From: a virus
Lineage: Duplodnaviria > Caudoviricetes
DNA length: 64,000 nucleotides
Strand: one strand, 5' to 3'
Virus record (IMG/VR): IMGVR_UViG_2845838682_000001
In this document: one piece after another, positions 27,802 to 37,200 of the stretch
Position numbering within the stretch: position 1 is the first letter of the stretch
Layout of the letters: the number at the start of each line of letters is the position of its first letter
The notes under the pieces: model-generated
Database searches by the model: none
Told to the model about the DNA's origin: nothing
Seen by the model: the letters and a program-made list of their open reading frames with translations, nothing else
Program-made: the position numbers and the translations under genes

Positions 27802-28131
27802 TTATGCCTCCTCGCTGGTGTCGCCGTCGGTGATGCGATGCCAAGTGCCCCCGGCGGCGTAGGCGCCGCCGTCGCAGCGGCCCTTCGCGTGGCCGGGGAA
27901 GACGCCCTCCGCGTCGGCGACGGGCAGGCTGTAGTGCACCGTCTCGTGGAAGAACAAACCGGTCGGGTTGAGGACGCAGAGGTCCACCGTGGTCGCCAGG
28001 CCGTCGTAGTGGCCGGCCGCGGTCACCACCGCCGCCCGGCATACGGGCGGGAACCGGCCGTCGGCGGAACCGCGGGCGACATAGTGCACGGTCGCGCCCA
28101 CGCGCGGCTGCTGGTGCAGGGCCATAGTCAC
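27802..28131 (-). CDS. Phage hypothetical protein
   Basis: PRVGATVHYV...CRAAVVT...LCVLNPTGLFF, a common actinophage family. Confidence 0.7.
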   Translation of the reverse strand: MTMALHQQPRVGATVHYVARGSADGRFPPVCRAAVVTAAGHYDGLATTVDLCVLNPTGLFFHETVHYSLPVADAEGVFPGHAKGRCDGGAYAAGGTWHRITDGDTSEEA

Positions 28132-28385
28132 GCCTCCTCGGGGGCCGGCCAGGTGGTGCCGGGCACGCTGCCGGTGTAGGTGCGCTCAGCGCGGACCTGA
28201 GCCTGCGGGTAGGTCGCGGCGAGCTCGGCGAGCACGTGGTCGGCGGCCGCCTGCGCGGCGGCGTCGGCGATCTCGCCGCGCCCCCCGGATCCGATCGCGA
28301 ATTCGAAGGTCAGGTCGAGATAGGGCTCGTCGTCGACCGTGCTGATGGAGTACACGACACTGGTCGCGCCGTCGGGAACAGCCAC
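28128..28385 (-). CDS. Tail-associated small protein
   Basis: RBS GAGGAG; follows the minor tail gene. Confidence 0.6.
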   Translation of the reverse strand: MAVPDGATSVVYSISTVDDEPYLDLTFEFAIGSGGRGEIADAAAQAAADHVLAELAATYPQAQVRAERTYTGSVPGTTWPAPEEA

Positions 28386-28401
28386 AACTCCTCCTCAAGG
28401 G

Positions 28402-28944
28402 TTATTGGACACGGGTGTAGAAGCAGCGGGTGCGGGTGGCGCCCCGCAGGACGGTGGCCTCGGCGTGGGCGGCCCACTGGGCCCACTGGAGCACCGCGGA
28501 CCCCGAGGAGCCGCCGACCTGGATGGACCCGTACTCGTGCGCGGACAGGAAGTCGTTCACACCGGACCCTTCGGCGCGGATCTCGGTGCTGGTGGCGGGG
28601 GACCGCATGGTGACCGTGCCGCCGTAGGTCAGGCTGATGCCGGAGTTCGTCTGCACATCCAGGCACGCGATTTGGCGCGGCGCCGTCGTCCCCGTCGGCA
28701 CCAGCCAGTTCCACCGGATGCCGCCGCCCTCGGTGTCGTTGTTGGTGTTGCGCGCCGAGTAGGTGAGCACCAGGTGGTACCAGTACGTCGCCCCGGACTC
28801 CAGCGGGATGACGATCTCGGAGGCCACCAGGTTCGTGGACTCGGCCACCTCCTGGTTCTCCGACGCGACGACCATCTTCATCCGGGAGGCGTTGAGGCGG
28901 TCAGCGGTCAGTGTCATGCCGGCGAACCACTGTGGGTAGGGCAC
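28402..28944 (-). CDS. Minor tail protein
   Basis: MPYPQWFAGMTLTADRLNA start typical of actinophage tail-tip proteins. Confidence 0.75.
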   Translation of the reverse strand: MPYPQWFAGMTLTADRLNASRMKMVVASENQEVAESTNLVASEIVIPLESGATYWYHLVLTYSARNTNNDTEGGGIRWNWLVPTGTTAPRQIACLDVQTNSGISLTYGGTVTMRSPATSTEIRAEGSGVNDFLSAHEYGSIQVGGSSGSAVLQWAQWAAHAEATVLRGATRTRCFYTRVQ

Positions 28945-28954
28945 GGGGATCTCC

Positions 28955-31900
28955 TTAGAGTCCGATGACGGGGCTGCGGTCGAGGCTCAGGCCGGTGCCC
29001 GCCGGGTGGTCTTTGCTGACGGTGTTGATGGAGCGCTGCACCGTCATCGACTGGGGGGTGACGACCTCCGCCAGCTGGAACCGGAACGAGGGGTTGGTGC
29101 CGGTGAACGCCGGGTCGCACACGGCCGAGAACCCGAGCTGGCCGGCGTCGATACGGCCCGCCGAGGAGGGGATGGTGCGGTCGATCATCCAGTGGTGCGG
29201 CTCCATGTGGCCTAGATCGAGGCCGGCGCCGAGGTCGGTCTCACCGGACGGGTAGCGCTGGTGCCACACGCGGGCGAGGACGCGGTGCCCGATGATGCGG
29301 GTCCGCACCCAGATCCGGGAGTCCACGCCGGCGTTGGCGTCGTAGGCCAGGGGCGGGGCGGTGACGTGGCCCGAGTCGATCTGTGTTTCGCCGCGCGCCA
29401 CGCTGAGGTTGACGGCGCCCAGGTGGGAGAAGTGCACGCGCAACTGGTAGAAGTCGTCGGCGCCGGTGTGGCGCAGCACCAGCCCGCCGATTTGCGGCCC
29501 CCCGGGGCTGATCTGGTTGACGCGGATGCTCCACAGCACCTCGCAGTCGCCGACCGCCACCCCGGGGTCGAGCAGCTGGGTGCGCAGCGTCGTCAGCCCG
29601 GCGTTGAGCTGGATGTAGCCGTAGTGGTCGACGGCGTCGACACCGAGGTTGGTGTCCGGCACCGCCGTTTCGGCCCAGGGCGTACCGGACTCGCTGGTGC
29701 CCCAGGTGTTGGCGCCGCGGCTGTTCCGGAAAAGGTCCCACGCCGCGGGTTGGGCGTGGGTGACCCGCATGACCTCCCCGCCCGCGCGCACGTCGAAGGG
29801 GAACTCGGTGGCGTGGGTGGCGGTGGCGCCGTCGGCGTTGATCCACCGCGACCCGCCGTACTCGTCCTGCACCGTGGCGACCCACACCTGGGTGTCTTCG
29901 GCGCCGATGGCCTCCACCAGGGCGGAGCCTGAGGTGTCGGCCCGGTTGGGCCGGTTCGGGCCCGCCTCGGTGCCGTCGGAGAGCACGGCCTCGTCGAGCC
30001 AGAGCAGGTCGGTATCGGCCGGGGTGGGGCGCTGGTTGATGTTGACGCGCAGCCGCCACGCGCCTTCGGGGGCGACGCTGGACCCCTGCAGGTAGGTCCA
30101 CTCCTCCACCGGAGTCGGGGTGGCGAGCAGGATGAACGGGAACCCGAGGTAGGTGCCGTCGACGTCGAACCACTCGATGCTCATGTCCACGTCGTGGCCG
30201 GTGGTCGAATACGCCCAGACGCCGAAGTGGTACTCGGTGCCGGCGTGCACCCGCGGGGAGTTCTCCCACCGGGTGCGGACACGCGCCACCTCCGAGGTGC
30301 CGTCGGGCACCTGCACCAGCGACCCCGACCCGCGGTAGGCCCGCACCCGCGAGTGGTAGATCGTGGACCCGGTGGACTCCCACCCGTAGGCGTAGACCTC
30401 GAAGGAGTGCTCGGAGTTGAGCACCAGCTCCCCGGAGGTTTCAGCGACCTCGCTGATCGCCGCGGGGGAGGCGTTGTACTCCAGGTGCCACTCGTGGGTG
30501 GTGATGGTCTCGTCGTAACCCTCCACGGCCGCGGTGATCGCCTCGGGCGGCAACCACGGCGGCGGGTTGGTGATGTGGATCTGGTCGCCGGCGTCCACCC
30601 CCGCCAACGCGTCGCGCAGGTCGACCATGCGGCGGTTGGTGAGGTTGGAGTGCAGCTGCGGATACCGCGCCTGGTCCACGGTGCCCTTGTGGACCCGCCA
30701 CCCCGCCTGGTCGGCCAGCTGGTCGTCGGAGTAGACGTTGACGGTGACCGAGTCGGAGTAGCGCCCCACCCCGGCGGGGGGTTCGGCTGTGCCCAGCGGC
30801 CCGGTGGTCTGCTCCACCCGGTGTTCGCCGCCGTCGCTGCGTTCGGCGGTGACGTCGTTGGACAGCTGCTGGTCGTCATCGACCGGCGACAGCGGCTCGA
30901 ACGTCTGCCCCGCGGCGTAGTCCAGGGCGACGACGTGGGGTGCGACGTGGGCGTAGCCGGTGTAGGTGCGCCACACGGTGTCGCCGATGTAGCCGGTGGC
31001 GTGCAGCGCGATGGTGTGGCCCGAGTCCACGATGCGCAGGGTGCCGTACCGGTCGCGGCCGGTGGACTGGCCCTGGTCGTACTGGCCCTCCGGCAGCGCG
31101 GCGTGGGCCGCGTCCAACGACCCCAGCATGAACAGCGGAAATCCGCCCCACGGGTTGTTCGGACCGCTGGAGATGGACAGGGCGTGCTTGTCGGCCTGCA
31201 GCATCACCATCCGCTCCAGCCACCCGGTGTCGCCCAGCAGCTCCACCAGCTCCTGGCGGTCACGCCGGAACATGCGGAAGGAGTCGCGGGAGTAGTCGGC
31301 GCCGGAGTAGGCGATGCCGGCGTCGCGGGTGTGGCCCTGGTCGGACAGCCACAGCGACGGCATCACCAGCACCAGCGCCTTGGCGGAGGAGTTCCGCAGC
31401 ACCTGCTCCATCCAGATCTTCTGCGGCACCCCCAGCATCGTTTTCGGCGAGCCGGGGTCGGTGTCGAGCACGCTGTTGGGGTCGCGGGCCCACCGCACAT
31501 CGCACGCGAGGAACTGGACTCGGCCGATCTGCCACGCCTGGGCGATCGGCGCGTTCGTCGCTGACGCCCCGCCCACGGCCAGGGGGTAGTGCGGCACGAT
31601 CTCGCGGTATACCTCGGCCGCGGCCTGCCGCCCGAGGTGTGTGGAATCGGAGTTGTTGGGGCCGTAGTCGTGGTCGTCCCACACATAGGCCATGCCCACG
31701 TCGCGGAAGAAGCGGCCTTGGCGCGCCTGCGCGCCGAGGGTGCCGTTGTAGGTCAGCAGGTCGGCGAACGCGTCCCGGTACAGGGCGTGGTCGTTGACGG
31801 CGATGTTGCGGTAGTGGGCGTCGCCCAGGTGCACGAACTGCACCCACTCCTCGGCCAGCGCCCGGTCCCGCATGGTGTCGAACACCGGGTGGTTGGAGAC

Positions 31901-32257
31901 GCCGTCGACGATGTGGGAGTCGTCGCCGTTGCCGGTCAGGCCGGCGTCTCCGGCCGCCCCCACGACGAACGACGCCGGTTCCCCCACCAGGGGGTGGGTG
32001 CGGAACGTCCCCGAGAACGCGGTGTCGAGGACACTGTCGTCCTCCACGGCGTAGTAGTAACGCGTATCGGTCGCCAACCCGGTGGCCTCGATCGAGACCA
32101 CCCCCTCGGCGGTGGGCGCCACCGGCCCGAAGAACAGCGGGCTGGCCAAGCCCGGATCGGTCGAGACGGCCAGCCGCGTGCTGGACCCGGTGACCTTGCC
32201 CCGCACCCAGATACTCGTGTCGGTGCCGGCCCCGGCCCACACCCACTCCACACTCAC
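28955..32257 (-). CDS. Tail protein with N-terminal PhoD-like metallophosphatase and a carbohydrate-binding insert
   Basis: LGDAHY, WDDHD, CDVR, TMLG..Q..W and ADKH motifs; then LDY...PVDDDQ..NDVT, RYPQLH.NL and FPFDVRAGGEVMRVT tail motifs. Confidence 0.85.
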   Translation of the reverse strand: MSVEWVWAGAGTDTSIWVRGKVTGSSTRLAVSTDPGLASPLFFGPVAPTAEGVVSIEATGLATDTRYYYAVEDDSVLDTAFSGTFRTHPLVGEPASFVVGAAGDAGLTGNGDDSHIVDGVSNHPVFDTMRDRALAEEWVQFVHLGDAHYRNIAVNDHALYRDAFADLLTYNGTLGAQARQGRFFRDVGMAYVWDDHDYGPNNSDSTHLGRQAAAEVYREIVPHYPLAVGGASATNAPIAQAWQIGRVQFLACDVRWARDPNSVLDTDPGSPKTMLGVPQKIWMEQVLRNSSAKALVLVMPSLWLSDQGHTRDAGIAYSGADYSRDSFRMFRRDRQELVELLGDTGWLERMVMLQADKHALSISSGPNNPWGGFPLFMLGSLDAAHAALPEGQYDQGQSTGRDRYGTLRIVDSGHTIALHATGYIGDTVWRTYTGYAHVAPHVVALDYAAGQTFEPLSPVDDDQQLSNDVTAERSDGGEHRVEQTTGPLGTAEPPAGVGRYSDSVTVNVYSDDQLADQAGWRVHKGTVDQARYPQLHSNLTNRRMVDLRDALAGVDAGDQIHITNPPPWLPPEAITAAVEGYDETITTHEWHLEYNASPAAISEVAETSGELVLNSEHSFEVYAYGWESTGSTIYHSRVRAYRGSGSLVQVPDGTSEVARVRTRWENSPRVHAGTEYHFGVWAYSTTGHDVDMSIEWFDVDGTYLGFPFILLATPTPVEEWTYLQGSSVAPEGAWRLRVNINQRPTPADTDLLWLDEAVLSDGTEAGPNRPNRADTSGSALVEAIGAEDTQVWVATVQDEYGGSRWINADGATATHATEFPFDVRAGGEVMRVTHAQPAAWDLFRNSRGANTWGTSESGTPWAETAVPDTNLGVDAVDHYGYIQLNAGLTTLRTQLLDPGVAVGDCEVLWSIRVNQISPGGPQIGGLVLRHTGADDFYQLRVHFSHLGAVNLSVARGETQIDSGHVTAPPLAYDANAGVDSRIWVRTRIIGHRVLARVWHQRYPSGETDLGAGLDLGHMEPHHWMIDRTIPSSAGRIDAGQLGFSAVCDPAFTGTNPSFRFQLAEVVTPQSMTVQRSINTVSKDHPAGTGLSLDRSPVIGL

Positions 32258-34254
32258 TGACGTCCTCCTTGGTTGTAGCGGGACCGGGTGGTCCGATAAA
32301 TCAGCGCGATGTCGGACCGCGACTCGTAGAGCACCCCGTCGTCGACCTGCTCTGCCTCGCGCATCACCGCCAGGGGCGCCTCGGTGCGCTGGGGCCCCAT
32401 CGGCGGGGTCAGCTCCAAATCACCCACCGCCTCGAACGCCAGGCCCTGCTCGGCGGCGACGCGGGCGATACGCACCCCCGCCGGTTCGCCGGTGTGCCCA
32501 TACATCGCCTGCGTGACCTCTTGGGCCGAGGGCGGGGCGGGCACCGCCTGCTCGTCCCACACGGTGATGTGGCCGATGGAGGCGTGCGCGCCCTCCGGCG
32601 CGGCCGGTTCCCGCAGGTTCCACCAGTACTGGGCCGAACCGGGCGGCTCCGGCGCCGCAAACCCCGACGTGGTGCCGTCCAGCAGCAGCTCCCCGTCGAC
32701 CCACAGGCCCCAGTCGGATTCGCCTGCCCCGTTGTCGGCGACACGCAGCCGCACGTGCCGCAGCTGGTCGGTGAAGAACCGGGCGTCGTCGGAGACACCG
32801 AGGTGGGTGAACCCGGGCACGGCGGCGTCCTCGGGCACCAGCCGCACCCACACCCGCATGTCGGGCGCCTCCTGGTCGAACCGGACCCGCCACTCCTGGC
32901 GGGTGCCGGCGCCGTCGGGCCGGGTCATGACGACGAGGCGGTCCTGCCCGCCGACGCCGGCGCGCACCATGTCCACCGACCAGTCGGTGGAGGCGTCCTG
33001 GGAGGACACCCGCCCGGAGATGCGGCCCAGGTCCCGGTGGGTGCGGGCGACCGGTTCCAGCCAGGCGGCGAGGCTGCCTTCGCGCCAGTCGAGGCGGGCC
33101 TGGGTGCCCATCTGCCCTGGGGGCGCGTCGACGACCACCGCCATGTCGTAGGGGCCGGCGTCCGGGCTCGCCACGAGAGCGGTGGCGCCGTCGGTCAGCG
33201 GCCAGTACGCCACCGGGGAGCGGGCGTTGATGAATCGCCGCAGGGCGGACTGTTCGGGGGCGGTGCCCTGGCCGAGCCGCCGCAACACCCCGGAGGCTTT
33301 CAGCGGCACCCACACGTCGTTGTCGGAAACGTCCCAGGAGACGGGCCATTCGGCGACTTCGCCGGTGAACCGCGGGATGGTGGTCCCGTCGACGACGATG
33401 GACACCCTGATGGGGGTGTTGCGGCCGATCAGCCCGAAATAGGGAGAGCCAGGGTTGCGGGGGGAGAACCGGCCGCCGCGGTTGTTGATCGTCAGGGAGC
33501 ACGAGGACGCGTCGGCGGTGTCGGTCTCATCGGCGCGGCCGCGGCTGATCTCCACCGGTTCGGTGTCGCGCACATCCGCGCTGATATCGACCCAGCCGCC
33601 GTCGATGACCAGCTCGGTGCGGATCGTCAGGGGGAACGTCGGCGGCGGGGCGGGTGCCGGTGTCGGCTTCAGCAGCACCGCGATGGTCGACATGAGCCCG
33701 ACCGTGCCGGCGGTGACGGTGTAGCCGGTGGTGGGGCCCTCGCGGGTGATCTGGCGGGTGCCGGTGATCCACCCGCGGTCCATGTGCTCCACCACCTCCA
33801 ATCCCGCCGGGGAGAACGCCTTGGTGGTGTCGTCCCAGTGGAATCCGCCGACCACGAGGAGGTCGCCGCGCTGGGCGGGCAGGGACGGCACGTCGAGCTG
33901 GGCGGCGTCCTGGTCGCCGGTGACCGCGGTGGCGTGGGTGCGGATGGCCGCGACGCCGCGCAGCGCGATGATGTGCAGGAAATGCCAGTGGTCCCCGGCC
34001 CAGGTCACGGTGACCTGGTCGGGGTCGTCGGCCTGGTCCTGGCGGGTGAAAAGCCAGGTGTAGGCTTGGGCGCCCTCGTTGATCAGCTCCTCGTTGACCA
34101 CCGCCCACCCGGTCGGGAACTGAACGATTTCGACTTCGTCGTTGGCGCTGGCGAACATCAGCAGCCGGTCGCCGGCCTGGGTGGCGGGCGGCACATCGGC
34201 GGTCACTTCGGCGACGAAGCCGCCGGCGACGGTGGAGCCGATGATCTCGATCAT
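32254..34254 (-). CDS. Minor tail protein (N-terminal part of the usual single gene) with an extra N-terminal domain and a LamG-like region
   Basis: WVDISADVR...ISRGRADE, NNRGGRFSPRNP.SPYFG, AYWPL.DG; ends LIYRTTRSRYNQ. Confidence 0.8.
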   Translation of the reverse strand: MIEIIGSTVAGGFVAEVTADVPPATQAGDRLLMFASANDEVEIVQFPTGWAVVNEELINEGAQAYTWLFTRQDQADDPDQVTVTWAGDHWHFLHIIALRGVAAIRTHATAVTGDQDAAQLDVPSLPAQRGDLLVVGGFHWDDTTKAFSPAGLEVVEHMDRGWITGTRQITREGPTTGYTVTAGTVGLMSTIAVLLKPTPAPAPPPTFPLTIRTELVIDGGWVDISADVRDTEPVEISRGRADETDTADASSCSLTINNRGGRFSPRNPGSPYFGLIGRNTPIRVSIVVDGTTIPRFTGEVAEWPVSWDVSDNDVWVPLKASGVLRRLGQGTAPEQSALRRFINARSPVAYWPLTDGATALVASPDAGPYDMAVVVDAPPGQMGTQARLDWREGSLAAWLEPVARTHRDLGRISGRVSSQDASTDWSVDMVRAGVGGQDRLVVMTRPDGAGTRQEWRVRFDQEAPDMRVWVRLVPEDAAVPGFTHLGVSDDARFFTDQLRHVRLRVADNGAGESDWGLWVDGELLLDGTTSGFAAPEPPGSAQYWWNLREPAAPEGAHASIGHITVWDEQAVPAPPSAQEVTQAMYGHTGEPAGVRIARVAAEQGLAFEAVGDLELTPPMGPQRTEAPLAVMREAEQVDDGVLYESRSDIALIYRTTRSRYNQGGRQ

Positions 34255-37200
34255 GCGTTGGCCCCCTTGCCGAATGCGATCTGAACGTTGCCGCCGCCCT
34301 CGATGCGGGTGATCTTGCGGATGCGGCGCCGCAGTTCGGCGTCGCCGCCTTCGAGGTCGATGACGATGCGGATGGGTTCGGCGCCGACGGGTTCGGGGGC
34401 GCCGGTGCCGTTGTAGGCCAGCGAGTACCCGACGGGGAGGTAGCCGCCCGTGTCGTAGGTCGCCGAGGGCAGGATCTGGCGCAGCGCCGCAATGTGGTCG
34501 GCCGGCTGCCCCTCCCAGCCTTTGTCCTGCATCACGAAGTCGGCCGGGTCGATGAGTCCGCCCATGGCGTAGCCCGGCCAGTCGGGCCGGAAGATCGCCC
34601 CGCCGGAGCGGGTGGAGCGGCGGACGTTGTTGCCTTCGTTGCCGCCGATCCGGTACCGCTCGGGGTCGTTAACGGTGTTAACGTGCGACGTGCCGTAGAC
34701 GGCGACGTCGCCGGGTTTCTTCTGCGACTCGGAGACGCGCCGCATCCCGGAGGTGTAGTAGTCACCGGTCCAGGCGGTACGCGAGGCGCCCTTCAGCGCG
34801 CTGCTGTTCTTGGTCTTGTCGAACAGCCAGCTCACGTACATCGCGCACCACGGCGACCCTGCCATGCCGTACCAGTCCGTGATGGCGTTGCGGTTCGACC
34901 CGGGCGGGTTCTCGGGGAAGCGGCCCACGGTGCGCTGCGCCAGCTCGACGACGGCCTTGGCGCCCTTGCCGATCTCCAGGTCCTCGCGGTGCGCCTTGAT
35001 CTGCGCGCTGATGGCCCGGTTCCAGTGGCGGACGTCGTGGAAGCCCTGCCCGTGCAGGTCGTTGCCGGTGCCGTACCGGTTCGCGGTCGCGGCGGCCATC
35101 CCGTTCAGCGCACGGTTTCCGGCGGCGACCACACCGCCCCGGTTGTCCCAGGAGTCCTTGCCCAGCTCCCGGAACCGGTTGGCGAGCCCGACGACACCAC
35201 CGCTCGCGAATCCTTCCAGCAGGAGTTTCCCGGCGTCGCCGCCCAGCCGGTTCGCGGAGTCGATGAACGACCGGCCGCCGAGGCTGGTGGTGGCCTGCGG
35301 GGTGAGGACCCCTTCGCCGTCGCGCACGGCGGCGAGCCGGTTGTCCTTGGAGGAGTACCCGGCCAACTTCCCGCCGCCGGTCAGGTCGACCATGCCGCCC
35401 TGGTCGAAGCCGGGCACCTTGCCCATCGTGGACAGGCCCGGCACCTTGCGGGCGATGGTGTTCCACACGCCCCGCAACCCTTTGTTCACGACCGGGTCGA
35501 TGACGTACCGGACCGGGGCGGCGGCGGCCTGGCGCAGCCGCCCCCAGGACGCGTGGACCCCCACCACGGTCGCCCGGAAATTCTGCAGGACGCCCTTGCG
35601 CATGTGGGTCGTCGCATCCAGCAGCATCGACACCAGCGACCGCGACCCCGACTGCAGCGCCCGCACCATCGCGAAGAAGCTCTTGGTCGAGTCGGCGGCC
35701 ATGTCGTCGAACGCGCCTGTGAACCCGCGCGCGAGCACGGCCGCCAGCCGCAGGCTCTGGGTGACCAGCTGCCCGATCGAGCCCAGGATGGTGGCGGCCA
35801 GCGCCCGGACGAGCGCGGTCGAGCCCTTGCGCAGCGCCACCAGCGTCAGCAGCACCGAGGACCGCAGCACCGCGACCTGGGTGGTCATCGCCGCGGCCAT
35901 CAGCCGGGTCTGCTCGATGGCCTTCGTGTTCATCCCGGTGACCTGGTCACCCACCCCGGAGGGCAGCTTCTTGGTCTCCCCGATGATCTCGGAGACCATG
36001 TCCGGGATGATCGAGTTGCCGACCAGCTCGTCGTAGAGGCCGCGCGCCTTATCCAGCGCCTTGTCCTTCATCTCGCCGAACTTCTCGCCGACGACGGTGA
36101 CCATCTCCGTCAGCTGGCCGATGACGACCTGGACGATGGCGATGAACATGGTCCGGACGATGTTGAGCAGCTGTCGGCCCGCCTCCACCGCGGACTGAGC
36201 CAGCGCCCCCATGGCCTTGCCGTAGGCGCGGAGCAGAGCCAGCCCGACCTGGGCGACCATGCCGGGCACGGCCTTGGCCAGCTCGAACAGGACGGTGCCC
36301 AGCGCGCCGATGAGCCGCGGCCCCCAGTCCTCCTCGACGTGGGTGGCCAGCTTGCCTGGGGCGTCCTCCTCCTTGAGGCCCTTCACCGTTTTGTCGGGAA
36401 CGCCGGTAGCCCAGTCGACGAACTTCTTGGTGAGCTTGGTCAGCTTCTCCGGCAATCCCTCGGCGAAGCCCTCGATCCAGGCCACGAATTTGTCGGTCCA
36501 GGACTGCAGCCGTATGGGCAGGGTGTCGGCGAAGCCCTGGATCCAGGTGGTGATCTTGCGGGTCCAGGAGTCGAGCTTGGCGGGCAGGTCGGCGGCGAAG
36601 TCCTCGACCCAGTAGGTGAGCTTCCACCCCCAGGAGTCGAACTTGGCCTTCGTCTTCTCCCAGAGGCCGCCGGCCCAGTCGCCCAGCTTCTGCGTCCACG
36701 ACGCCAGCCGGCCCGGCATTTTCGCGGCCTCGTCGACGAACCAGCCCCCCAGGGACCGGCCGACCCCGGACAGCTTCGTGCGCACCGTCTCCGACAGGCC
36801 GCCCGCCCAGTCGGTGAACGCGACCGTCCACGTGGGCAGGTTGTCCTTGATGTCGGATGGGACGCCGCGGATCCAGCCGATGAGGTCGTCGCGCAGCTCG
36901 CCGAGCTTGGTGTGCCACTGGTCGAGCAGGTCGCCGTACCACTCCAGGAACGCGGGGATCCACTCGGTGGCCAGCGCGTCGGCGATCTCGGGGGCGGCGT
37001 CGGCCAACCAGCTCGACACCGAGCCCGGCAGTTGCCAGAACCACAGCTTCAGGGCCTGCCAGATGAGCTTGCCCGCCGTGGAGAACAACGCGACGAGGTA
37101 GTCCGCGCCGCCCTTGGCGGCCTCCTTTGCGCCGTCCCAGGCTTTGGACCAGTCGCCCTCGATGAGGCCGGTGACCAGGTCGATCGCGCCGCGCAACTGG

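Noticed and set aside
32200-32300. Intron, intein or frameshift error explaining the split tail gene
   Set aside because: The second gene has its own RBS (AAGGAGG) and a GTG near the upstream stop, and the inserted domain is PhoD, not a homing endonuclease or splicing domain.
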